From Candidatus Bathyarchaeota archaeon (GTDB lineage Archaea; Thermoproteota; Bathyarchaeia; Bathyarchaeales; Bathycorpusculaceae), in NCBI GenBank assembly GCA_963826715.1, contig CAWGYA010000005.1, positions 1 through 64,000 on the forward strand: DNA of 64,000 nt. Reading direction: 5' to 3'. The notes below the pieces were generated by a model. The model was not told where the DNA came from. It made no database searches and saw nothing but the letters and a program-made list of their open reading frames with translations. The position numbers and the translations under genes are program-made. Each line of letters opens with the position of its first letter. Position 1 is the stretch's first letter. Positions 28,715-36,821 of this stretch are shown here, piece after piece.

Positions 28715-28822
28715 TTAAAGAAAATCTACAAACAACCTCGGTCGGGAGTAGAGTGTATTGAAAGTGGAAACCTATTGGTCAGTTCAATCTACTGTTACTT
28801 GATTTTTTTTCAGAATCTTGCT

Positions 28823-29752
28823 CTAAGTCGATATTATCTTTGGGAATAAGATTTTCAAGAATTGCTTGACTTTATCTCTATACGTAGATCTACTGTTGTT
28901 TATTTCCGTCTCTATATCTGAGAGGAGAACATTGTCAAGGCTATTTTGCAGTTCCGTGAAATTAATTTTAGAGTTGTTGCTTCGAGTCAAATCCTCAAGT
29001 TTTCGTTTGAGGGCTACTTTTTCTTCTTTTGGATCTTTATCTTTTACAACTTTTCCAAGCCAGCGAGCATTCAACATTAAATATCCCAGAACCATGTCTT
29101 TGGTTTGCCTAAAGTTGGGGTGGTTCTTGATGAGTAATTCGTTAAATCCTGACGAATCAAAGTAATTATGTACTACTGCCAAGATATTGAAAACCTCAGT
29201 GGCTGTCTTTCTAGAATCTTTTTTGTGAATGGCCTTTATGACTTTGGAGTAGTCAATAGTGAATGTTGGTGTTTCTTTTCCAGATAATTGGAGGTGAACT
29301 CCCCGATCTTGGAAATACCCCTTAAATCGTTGCCAATCAATTGGACTGGCATTTAAGCCTCTGAGAATATCAAAGGAGATGTCAATAACTTCCAGGCAAG
29401 AATTCACCAATTTTTCAAACTCATCAATTTCAACAGACTGCTGCTCTTCTGGAGGTGTTATCTGTTCTTCAACCACTAAAGGAGTTTCTTCTGTTTTGGT
29501 TTTAGAGCGCCTACTCAACGCTGGAATTGCAAATAACAAGACAATCCCAACTGCCAAAACAACATACGCTATGATTCGCGCCAATTCCTTGCTTAACCAA
29601 TAGAACGCTGAAAAGACAGGCGCCTCAAAGAACCCCGTTAAAACGCCAATAACCCACAAGAACAAACATACAGAAAAAACCATCAAGCCAAGCTGGATTT
29701 TAGATAATCTCTTCAAATCCAACGAATAAACAAACTTTTTTGCTTCTGCCAA
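28823..29752 (-). CDS. Membrane protein (2 N-terminal TM helices plus soluble helical domain)
   Basis: 309-aa ORF; hydropathy pattern. Confidence 0.75.
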   Translation of the reverse strand: MAEAKKFVYSLDLKRLSKIQLGLMVFSVCLFLWVIGVLTGFFEAPVFSAFYWLSKELARIIAYVVLAVGIVLLFAIPALSRRSKTKTEETPLVVEEQITPPEEQQSVEIDEFEKLVNSCLEVIDISFDILRGLNASPIDWQRFKGYFQDRGVHLQLSGKETPTFTIDYSKVIKAIHKKDSRKTATEVFNILAVVHNYFDSSGFNELLIKNHPNFRQTKDMVLGYLMLNARWLGKVVKDKDPKEEKVALKRKLEDLTRSNNSKINFTELQNSLDNVLLSDIETEINNSRSTYRDKVKQFLKILFPKIIST

Positions 29753-29884
29753 GACTAAACGCCAATCTCCAGTTAGTTGTTGAACTTATTCTTAATACAA
29801 TGAGTGCCTTAAAAAAATCCTTCCAAAAACATAAACAATAACTCTTTTATAACCTATCATCCTTTGTTTTAATTGTGATTTTTC

Positions 29885-30160
29885 ATGGAAAAAATAAATA
29901 AAAATGCATCTCAAACATTAGAAAAAGCTTCTGATTCACTTGCAAACATGGCACATGATATGAGTGAGACCGTAGTGCAAGTAATCGAAAAGCTTGCGGG
30001 AAAAGAATCTAACATAAAATTAAGCTTTGAAAATCTAACTTTAGAAATGGGTCCGATGAAAACTACAGTTAGCGGAGCAATTGTTTTAGATCTTGTTTAC
30101 GCTAAGGACGCCGAAACCAAAGCAAAATCCAGGTCCGAGTCTTCTAAGAGTAAATTTTAA
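29885..30160 (+). CDS. Hypothetical protein
   Basis: 91-aa ORF with TATA (ttttataa) upstream; co-oriented with the next gene. Confidence 0.75.
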   Translation: MEKINKNASQTLEKASDSLANMAHDMSETVVQVIEKLAGKESNIKLSFENLTLEMGPMKTTVSGAIVLDLVYAKDAETKAKSRSESSKSKF

Positions 30161-30169
30161 GGTGACTGT

Positions 30170-30589
30170 TTGCAGTTACCTACCATGCTGCTTGAAGCTA
30201 TAAAATCAGGAAAGGTTACGATAAGCCAGAATGATACACCTGCAGTCGAAGTTAAAGCCGGAAATAGACGATTAGACATAAACACCCTAAACAAGGATTT
30301 CATTAAAGAAATAATGTCCAGTTTTCGAGAGGCAAATACCAAAGAAGGCGTAATCGAAGGGCTAAAGAGAAGTTTTGGTGCAATTCGTGAGGCAAACAAG
30401 TTCCTTCCACTTCTAAAAAACATTGCAGAGGATCTTTGTAGCGAAGACTTTACTGTCACAGTCTCCTACAAAGGTGATCTTGTGTTAACTATTGGTGCAG
30501 AGGCAGACTCGAAACTTACTCGTTTGGTTACAGGTACAAAAGGCATTGAAATTAATAGTCCACTAAAACTTGCGGAAATGGGTCTATAG
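30170..30589 (+). CDS. Hypothetical protein
   Basis: 139-aa ORF with GGTGA RBS, 9 nt after the previous stop. Confidence 0.75.
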   Translation: MQLPTMLLEAIKSGKVTISQNDTPAVEVKAGNRRLDINTLNKDFIKEIMSSFREANTKEGVIEGLKRSFGAIREANKFLPLLKNIAEDLCSEDFTVTVSYKGDLVLTIGAEADSKLTRLVTGTKGIEINSPLKLAEMGL

Positions 30590-30741
30590 ATTGCATTAAT
30601 CCAGAAATTAGATTTAATGCAGATTTCTTCGAATATTAGTTAAGACTTCACCTTTTTTAGGCTTATTTCTATTCTTTGCTTACCGCAAACGATAAACCCC
30701 TCTTTTATCATCATTTGAGCTACAAAAAGGTTAAAAAAGGC

Positions 30742-32325
30742 ATGAGTAAAGCTGGAGATATTGCGAAAATATCAGCGAAAGGCAGCTTCAATGTGCTGTG
30801 GGGTTTGGTAATCTCAACAATTATATCCTCAGTTGGCACGATATTCATCGCTAGATTACTTGGTTCAGACCTCTACGGTCTATACACAGTGGTTTTAACT
30901 GTTCCAGCTCTTATTCAAATCTTCAGAGACTGGGGCATAACCTTTGCTATGATAAAATTCACAGCCCAGTACCGTGCAGAAGGCAGAATAGACGAAATCC
31001 GAAGCATATACCTCACTGGAATATTATTCGAAGTTGCCGTGGGCTTGGCTCTCACAGTTCTTTCGTTCTTCTTCGCCGATTTTCTAGCCGCTAGCGTCTT
31101 TAATCGCCCCGTCATTGCACCTCTAATCCAAATAATATCAATATCAATATTCGCAACAGGATTAGTCGGTGCAGCTACAGCTGCATTCACCGGGTATGAA
31201 AGGCTGGAACTAAATAGCGTAATGCTCATCTTACAAAGCATCGTTAAGACTGGCCTCATAATCGCCTTGGTAGTTTTCGGCTTTAGTATTGCCGGAGCCA
31301 CAATAGGATATGCTACTGGCACTTTCATTGCAGGTTTAATCGGCATAGCATTAATTGGTGTCATTTACAGAAAACTGCCTCGACCGTCATCTAATAGGTA
31401 TGCACTCAAGTCTTATCTGTCAACTATGTTGACATATTGTCTACCCCTATCTATTGCTACAATTATTACGACGCTTCTGCCCCAATTCTACGCTTTCTTA
31501 CTACCAATACACTACTCAATAAACAATATCCCCATTGGCAACTATGGGGTAGCTATGAATTTTGCAGTTCTACTAACGTTCTTCGCCTTGCCCATAGCAA
31601 CAATGATGTTTCCTGCCTTCTCCAAATTAGACCCCGAAAAAGACAAAACTTCTCTCAGAAATATGTTCAGATTTTCGGTAAAATATGGTTCATTGCTAGT
31701 AGTACCGTTGACAGCTTTGGTTATGAGCTTAGCTCAACCAGCTGTGGCGACGCTTTTTGGAAATACCTACGATACTGCTGCGCTCTTTCTTGCTTTGCTT
31801 TCAATTCAATTTCTGTATATTGCTTTTGGTAACATAAGTTTAGCTGCTCTTTTGAACGGTCAGGGTAAAACAAGTTTTACATTAAAGATGGCTTTGTTGT
31901 CGGGTGCAATAGGTTTTCCTCTGGGGTACATTTTGATTATGAATTTTGGCGTTTTAGGTTTAATTGCATCAACCTTGGTGTCAGGAGTGCCTAGCACATT
32001 TATAGGGTTAGTTTTTATTAGGCGAACTTTTGGTATGGCAATTGATTGGGGTTCCTCCGCGAGAATTCTTCTCTCATCCGCTGTTGCTGGAGTTTTAACT
32101 TATCTTCTGGTTACAGAGTTGGCATTTGCCAGTTGGATTCGTCTATTGATTGGTGCAGTTGTTTTCATCATAATTGTAATTCCCTCTTTGTTGCTATCCC
32201 GATCCGTTACACGCTCTGACCTTGCTAACCTAAAGCTTATGGTGGATGGGATAGGTACGCTTGGCGGAATAATTAATCGAATCCTGAACCTATTCGAAAA
32301 GATAATGGATTTTTTGCGGCTTTAG
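30742..32325 (+). CDS. Oligosaccharide/polysaccharide flippase (Wzx/MOP superfamily)
   Basis: ARLLGSDLYGLY, DWGI, GNYGVA, FPAFS; about 14 TMs; likely start ATG 30742. Confidence 0.9.
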   Translation: MSKAGDIAKISAKGSFNVLWGLVISTIISSVGTIFIARLLGSDLYGLYTVVLTVPALIQIFRDWGITFAMIKFTAQYRAEGRIDEIRSIYLTGILFEVAVGLALTVLSFFFADFLAASVFNRPVIAPLIQIISISIFATGLVGAATAAFTGYERLELNSVMLILQSIVKTGLIIALVVFGFSIAGATIGYATGTFIAGLIGIALIGVIYRKLPRPSSNRYALKSYLSTMLTYCLPLSIATIITTLLPQFYAFLLPIHYSINNIPIGNYGVAMNFAVLLTFFALPIATMMFPAFSKLDPEKDKTSLRNMFRFSVKYGSLLVVPLTALVMSLAQPAVATLFGNTYDTAALFLALLSIQFLYIAFGNISLAALLNGQGKTSFTLKMALLSGAIGFPLGYILIMNFGVLGLIASTLVSGVPSTFIGLVFIRRTFGMAIDWGSSARILLSSAVAGVLTYLLVTELAFASWIRLLIGAVVFIIIVIPSLLLSRSVTRSDLANLKLMVDGIGTLGGIINRILNLFEKIMDFLRL

Positions 32326-32407
32326 GAAATAATTAATTTTTACAAAATTTTCCCCGTTGAAGTTGAGGCAACCTACTGACTGACTTGCCTTAGTTTTGTG
32401 CTCAGGA

Positions 32408-32974
32408 TTAAGGCTTAACCATTTTGGCGACTTCTTTTGTCCACTGGCGAATCGCCTCTAAATCTCTTAAATCATAAACCCCTGTTTTTGACTCTTTGTA
32501 GCCTGCTCCTTCAAGCTTCGGCTTAATGGATGAGAGAGTTTTTTTGAAAAACCATGACATTTTATTGAAGTCGTAGCATCCTCCAAAGAAACCCAGAGCA
32601 ACTGGTTTGACGTTGAATTCTACGGATTTTTCTTCAAGATACTTCTGCTTAGCATTATCTATTTCCTTAGTTTTTTGTTCGCCCTCCGAGAGGGGATTTG
32701 CACCACCGCAAGAAACAAACAGGGCTAATGTCTTGGTGGATAATTCCTTTTGGAATTTTTTGAGGAAGTCTTGAGGTTCGCTTGTCCATTTTCCCATTTG
32801 GATTCCGCTACCGACAAGGATGAGCTCAAATTCGTTTATGCTTTGAACTTTCTCTTTTTTAGAATCGACAATTTTGACTTCGTACTCCATTTGTCTTAGG
32901 GTATCAGCGATGATTTCTGCTGAATTTGCTGTTGCTCCATAACGAGTTCCATAAACAATCAACGCCTTACTCAT
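32408..32974 (-). CDS. Flavodoxin-domain protein (HemG-like long-chain family)
   Basis: IVYGTRYGAT, GSGIQMGKW, FFGG, DLRD. Confidence 0.88.
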   Translation of the reverse strand: MSKALIVYGTRYGATANSAEIIADTLRQMEYEVKIVDSKKEKVQSINEFELILVGSGIQMGKWTSEPQDFLKKFQKELSTKTLALFVSCGGANPLSEGEQKTKEIDNAKQKYLEEKSVEFNVKPVALGFFGGCYDFNKMSWFFKKTLSSIKPKLEGAGYKESKTGVYDLRDLEAIRQWTKEVAKMVKP

Positions 32975-33007
32975 TCTCTTTTCCCTCGTTCCCAGATTTG
33001 TTTTTGG

Positions 33008-33478
33008 CTATGTCTTTTTCAGCGAAAAATCTGGTCTTGGCTTATCCATTTCTTTTTCGAGTGCATCCGAGTTAGCTCTGTAGTCGCTCCAAATTCGGTT
33101 GGTGCAGTTTAGGCAGAACCGTTTACCGACTTTTAACCCGTCTTCGAGTAATTGTTTGTAAAATTCCTCAAACCCTCGATCGGGTGACATAACGCGTGTG
33201 AATAGTTTCCATTCGGAATCGGTACTCTCTCCGCTAAATAGTGTGAGTTGACCGCATTTTGCGCATAAAAAGTCCATCTCAGGTAAATCATCGCATACAG
33301 TTAGGCAGTGGACGCAGACATTTTTGATAGCTTGGGTTGATTCCACCGCTTGTCCTCTCTCAAAAGATACGACATGGAATTCAAGGTCATGGCGGAGTTT
33401 GCTCATTTTACACCAGGGGCAATTTTTGTCAACTGCGTAGTCATCAGTTATTCTTCCGCTGTCAAAGGCTATCTGCAT
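33008..33478 (-). CDS. Multi-CxxC zinc-binding hypothetical protein
   Basis: CPWC, CVHC, CAKC, CLNC. Confidence 0.7.
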   Translation of the reverse strand: MQIAFDSGRITDDYAVDKNCPWCKMSKLRHDLEFHVVSFERGQAVESTQAIKNVCVHCLTVCDDLPEMDFLCAKCGQLTLFSGESTDSEWKLFTRVMSPDRGFEEFYKQLLEDGLKVGKRFCLNCTNRIWSDYRANSDALEKEMDKPRPDFSLKKT

Positions 33479-33523
33479 ACCTTTTAGTTACTTATCGTTT
33501 GCTTTTATGATTTTTGTTACGAT

Positions 33524-33670
33524 TTAGCTACTAGTGGGATATTTCACGCGAGCAACTTTGAATACATGAGTGCAGGTATTGCAAGTGTAGTATTTCAGTG
33601 AGAAGTAGTCGTTCTCAATTTGTTTTTTTAGTTTTATTGATTCTTTTCTACATTTAGGGCATTTAGTCAT
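33524..33670 (-). CDS. 48-aa zinc-ribbon protein (Cren7-like pattern), absent from the ORF track
   Basis: MTKCPKCRKESIKLKKQIENDYFSLKYYTCNTCTHVFKVARVKYPTSS*; TATA (ttttataa) about 35 nt upstream. Confidence 0.75.
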   Translation of the reverse strand: MTKCPKCRKESIKLKKQIENDYFSLKYYTCNTCTHVFKVARVKYPTSS

Positions 33671-33855
33671 CCTGGGACCCTTCAAAGAGATTTTCAAATG
33701 TTTTTTATAAAAGAGTTTGTGTCCAAAATGTTGATTTCATACATGAAAATATATTTTTAAAGACTGAAGCTTAGAGCAGATATCATTCTAACTCAAGTAA
33801 AAGTTAATTCATTGTAAATTTAACGAAATAAGCCGCTTTGATTTTTATTGATTAA

Positions 33856-34092
33856 TCAATGAATTATGAATGAGTCATCGAGTTTTTCTATCTTTAAGTT
33901 ATATTTTTTGACTATTGGCTCAATAATTTGTAGGTGCTTTTCTTCTAAGTTGTGTTTTATTTTTATTACATGGTCGTCGGGCGTCTTGGATAGTTTTGGG
34001 TCTGGACCAATGATTATGCTGTTTGCTGGCAGAGGTTTGTCGAATGCAACTATTATTTCATGTGTTGTGAAGAGAGCTACTTTCTTCTCCAT
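33856..34092 (-). CDS. Hypothetical protein
   Basis: 78-aa ORF with plausible composition. Confidence 0.55.
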   Translation of the reverse strand: MEKKVALFTTHEIIVAFDKPLPANSIIIGPDPKLSKTPDDHVIKIKHNLEEKHLQIIEPIVKKYNLKIEKLDDSFIIH

Positions 34093-34186
34093 AGGTTCTC
34101 AAGTCTATGCTTCTTTTTTGTATGCTCTAAACTTGATGGTTTACTTTTTTATAATGGTGTGTAAAAAAGAATGTAACAGTGAGTAA

Positions 34187-36085
34187 CTAAAGTTGAAGTA
34201 AATTCATGGCCTTTTGAGTCAACTGCACCACCTTGCGATTCCCCATTTTGGTTTCAGTCAAATATTCTTTAGACTTTAGTATTGCCAATTTCCTTCCCAA
34301 GGTTGGTCTACTAAATCCAAAGGCATTTTGTATATCAAAATGGTTGGGGCTAACTCCTACCTTGTTTTTAGAACGGACGAATCTAAGTATTTCAAGCAGT
34401 TCTTCAGAAATTCGAGGCAATTTGGGTTCAAGCGGTTTTGTCTCCTTTTCAATAAGCCCAAGTTCTTTCGTACTAAAGGTGCCGGAATTAAACGGTAATA
34501 GAACTATGTTGCCAGAGTATACCGCATATTCTCTCATCCACTGAATCATAGATACAATTACTTGAGTTCCAAGTTTGGAGCATAAATAGTCTAATCCGTC
34601 AAATAGGAAAACTGTGTTTTTGTTCTTTGCAGCCATAACGTTTTTTAATTCTTCTATAACGGGTTTGAGGGTTCTTTTGCCCTGTTCCGCCAACCAATAA
34701 TAACTCGAATAATCTCCAATCAATCTCTTAAAATCAACTTCACACATTCTAGAAATCACCACAGCATCAAAACCTATCTTTTGAAGGTCTTTGAAAGCTT
34801 CCAAAGTAATCAAAGCTGAACCCTCACGGACTGTGTATACATTGCCGTCTTCAAGCTTAAACTTCAGTGTTTGTAGTCTCAAAGCAAGATCTCTCTCCTT
34901 TTGCTCAGTTATGTCCGCGGCAAATCCAATAACCCCAATTATGTTGCCCTCTGAGTCGCGGTAGGGTATCTTGTCGGTCTTAAGCCAAAGAAAATTATCT
35001 TTAATCTTTACTTGTTCTATAATTCCAAGTTTGGGTTTGCCAGAAGCCATAACTTGCTTATCGTCTTTCCAATAGCCCTCTGCTTGCTCTTTTGGAAAAA
35101 ACTCAAATGATGAATGTCCTTCTATTTGCTCTTTGCTTAATTGCATCGCTTCAGCGAAAGCTTTGTTCACGCGAACAGCACGGTTTTCTTTGTCCTTATA
35201 AAAAATCCAGGTGGGAGATGCGTCAAGAATTGTTTGTAACTCGTCATGTTCTCTTTTTAATGCTTCTTCCGCTTTTTTACGGTCTGTGATATTGGTGTGC
35301 AAGGCAAGATTGGCGATATGTTGACCATTTTCATCAAAAATTGGTGATACTTTACCGATTGTCCATACTATTGTTCCATTTTTGTGTCGAAATTGGTATT
35401 CACTTCGAATTTTATTGTTATTATCAAGTTGTTTGCGCGTTTGAACTATTATTTGTTCTTGATCTTTCATTAAGAATTCAGTTCCGACTTTGTCAATGAA
35501 GTAGTCAGGACTGTAGCCTATCATATTAGCCATTTTAGGGTTAACAAAAAGTGTTACGCCATCAGGTTTAGCCATCCAGATGCCTTCTTCGGCTATTTCT
35601 ATTATCTGACGATATTTTTCTACACAATGTCTGAGATCTTCTTCAGCTTTTTTGTGTTCAGATATGTCTCTTATGATTGCTAGTAGGCCTGTTTGTTTTC
35701 CAGAAGTATCTTTTATAATCTTAATAGTTGATTCAACATCAATACTCTCACCATTATGTTTGATGTGAATGTTTTCGCCCTGCCAAACTTCTTTTTGTGC
35801 CAGTGCATTAATTGCGTTATGTTCATCCTCTTTACTAACATAAAATAGTTTGTAGAGGTCTGTTAGTTTGGCGCCTAATGCTTCTTTTGGAGTTACCATA
35901 TATTGTTTCTGAGCAAATTCGTTTAGGTAAGTTACCTTTAGTTCGTTGTCAACTATAATTACTGCGTCTCTGAGGGTTGATAGAATAGTTGACAAGTATT
36001 GCTGGGACCTCATGTCAACTTCTGAGATTTGTGGCTTATTTACTGGTGTATCCTGTTCGGAGTCCTCGCGGGAAGTTTTAGACAC
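34187..36085 (-). CDS. PAS(x3)-DUF835-wHTH one-component sensor/regulator
   Basis: Three PAS/PAC units ending RDISE, NITD and DITE; DUF835-like VVISR...YWL...LFDGLDYL; C-terminal FSRPTLGRKL...LTQKA helix and wing. Confidence 0.85.
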   Translation of the reverse strand: MSKTSREDSEQDTPVNKPQISEVDMRSQQYLSTILSTLRDAVIIVDNELKVTYLNEFAQKQYMVTPKEALGAKLTDLYKLFYVSKEDEHNAINALAQKEVWQGENIHIKHNGESIDVESTIKIIKDTSGKQTGLLAIIRDISEHKKAEEDLRHCVEKYRQIIEIAEEGIWMAKPDGVTLFVNPKMANMIGYSPDYFIDKVGTEFLMKDQEQIIVQTRKQLDNNNKIRSEYQFRHKNGTIVWTIGKVSPIFDENGQHIANLALHTNITDRKKAEEALKREHDELQTILDASPTWIFYKDKENRAVRVNKAFAEAMQLSKEQIEGHSSFEFFPKEQAEGYWKDDKQVMASGKPKLGIIEQVKIKDNFLWLKTDKIPYRDSEGNIIGVIGFAADITEQKERDLALRLQTLKFKLEDGNVYTVREGSALITLEAFKDLQKIGFDAVVISRMCEVDFKRLIGDYSSYYWLAEQGKRTLKPVIEELKNVMAAKNKNTVFLFDGLDYLCSKLGTQVIVSMIQWMREYAVYSGNIVLLPFNSGTFSTKELGLIEKETKPLEPKLPRISEELLEILRFVRSKNKVGVSPNHFDIQNAFGFSRPTLGRKLAILKSKEYLTETKMGNRKVVQLTQKAMNLLQL

Positions 36086-36349
36086 ATTTTGTCCCTTTAG
36101 AATTAATTAAAGGGCTGAGAATATATGATTTTTCAAACACAAATCAACAATTTGACTACTTTCTAATATTTGCCAACTCTGCATTGCCAGAAAAATGGAG
36201 TGGCAGTGCCCATTGTTAGTTTGTTAAATTTCAATCATGTCACCAATTTTTTCGCCACTTTCAAGATTTGCCCAAAATAGGAAAATAAGAGTAATCACTC
36301 AAAAAATATTAATCTAAAAAAAGTTTTGAGCTGGGAAGAAATTTTTTGT

Positions 36350-36655
36350 TTATCTTGCCCAACAGGGTCCATAGCCGTACCCATACGCGTAGCCGTAGCC
36401 GTTTTGGTATGGTGCAGGAGCTTGACCATCAGAGACTGCTGGCGGAACAACGTACTGCCCCTGGTTTGGTTCAGCTGTACGGTATCCAAAGCAGTTGCCT
36501 ATCCAGCCCCAAAACCCTTCAGCAGGGACCGTGTTGGGGTCTGCGCCGGGAACTATTTGGGTTTGGTTTTGAGCTATTTGGGCTGCTGCCAGTCCGACTG
36601 CGGCCAGAGCAAGCGCCGTGACTGCGACGAGTGCAATTATTACTTTTGTGTTCAT
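36350..36655 (-). CDS. Small secreted Gly/Tyr-rich protein
   Basis: Signal peptide; GFWGWIGNC and GYGYAYGYGYGPCW; GGTGA RBS. Confidence 0.75.
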   Translation of the reverse strand: MNTKVIIALVAVTALALAAVGLAAAQIAQNQTQIVPGADPNTVPAEGFWGWIGNCFGYRTAEPNQGQYVVPPAVSDGQAPAPYQNGYGYAYGYGYGPCWAR

Positions 36656-36707
36656 TTTGTTTTATCACCATATACTAATATGGTCATGGGCTGGTATAGA
36701 AGTTGGC

Positions 36708-36736
36708 TGAAACAAAACTGAAACAGACATGAAACA
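36708..36736. promoter_or_regulatory. Triple direct repeat TGAAACA with 11-bp period (candidate regulator binding array)
   Basis: Copies at 36708, 36719 and 36730 in the divergent promoter region. Confidence 0.6.
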
Positions 36737-36821
36737 CTTTTTTATTGTTGCATAAGGCTAAAAAAACGATGTGGCTTGAAGTTTGGGAAAAATCTTTTCT
36801 TGCATTGAACTATAAACCGAC

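Noticed and set aside
36295-36721. Alternative overlapping ORFs on both strands
   Set aside because: 36350-36655(-) has the signal peptide and RBS; the others are shadows.
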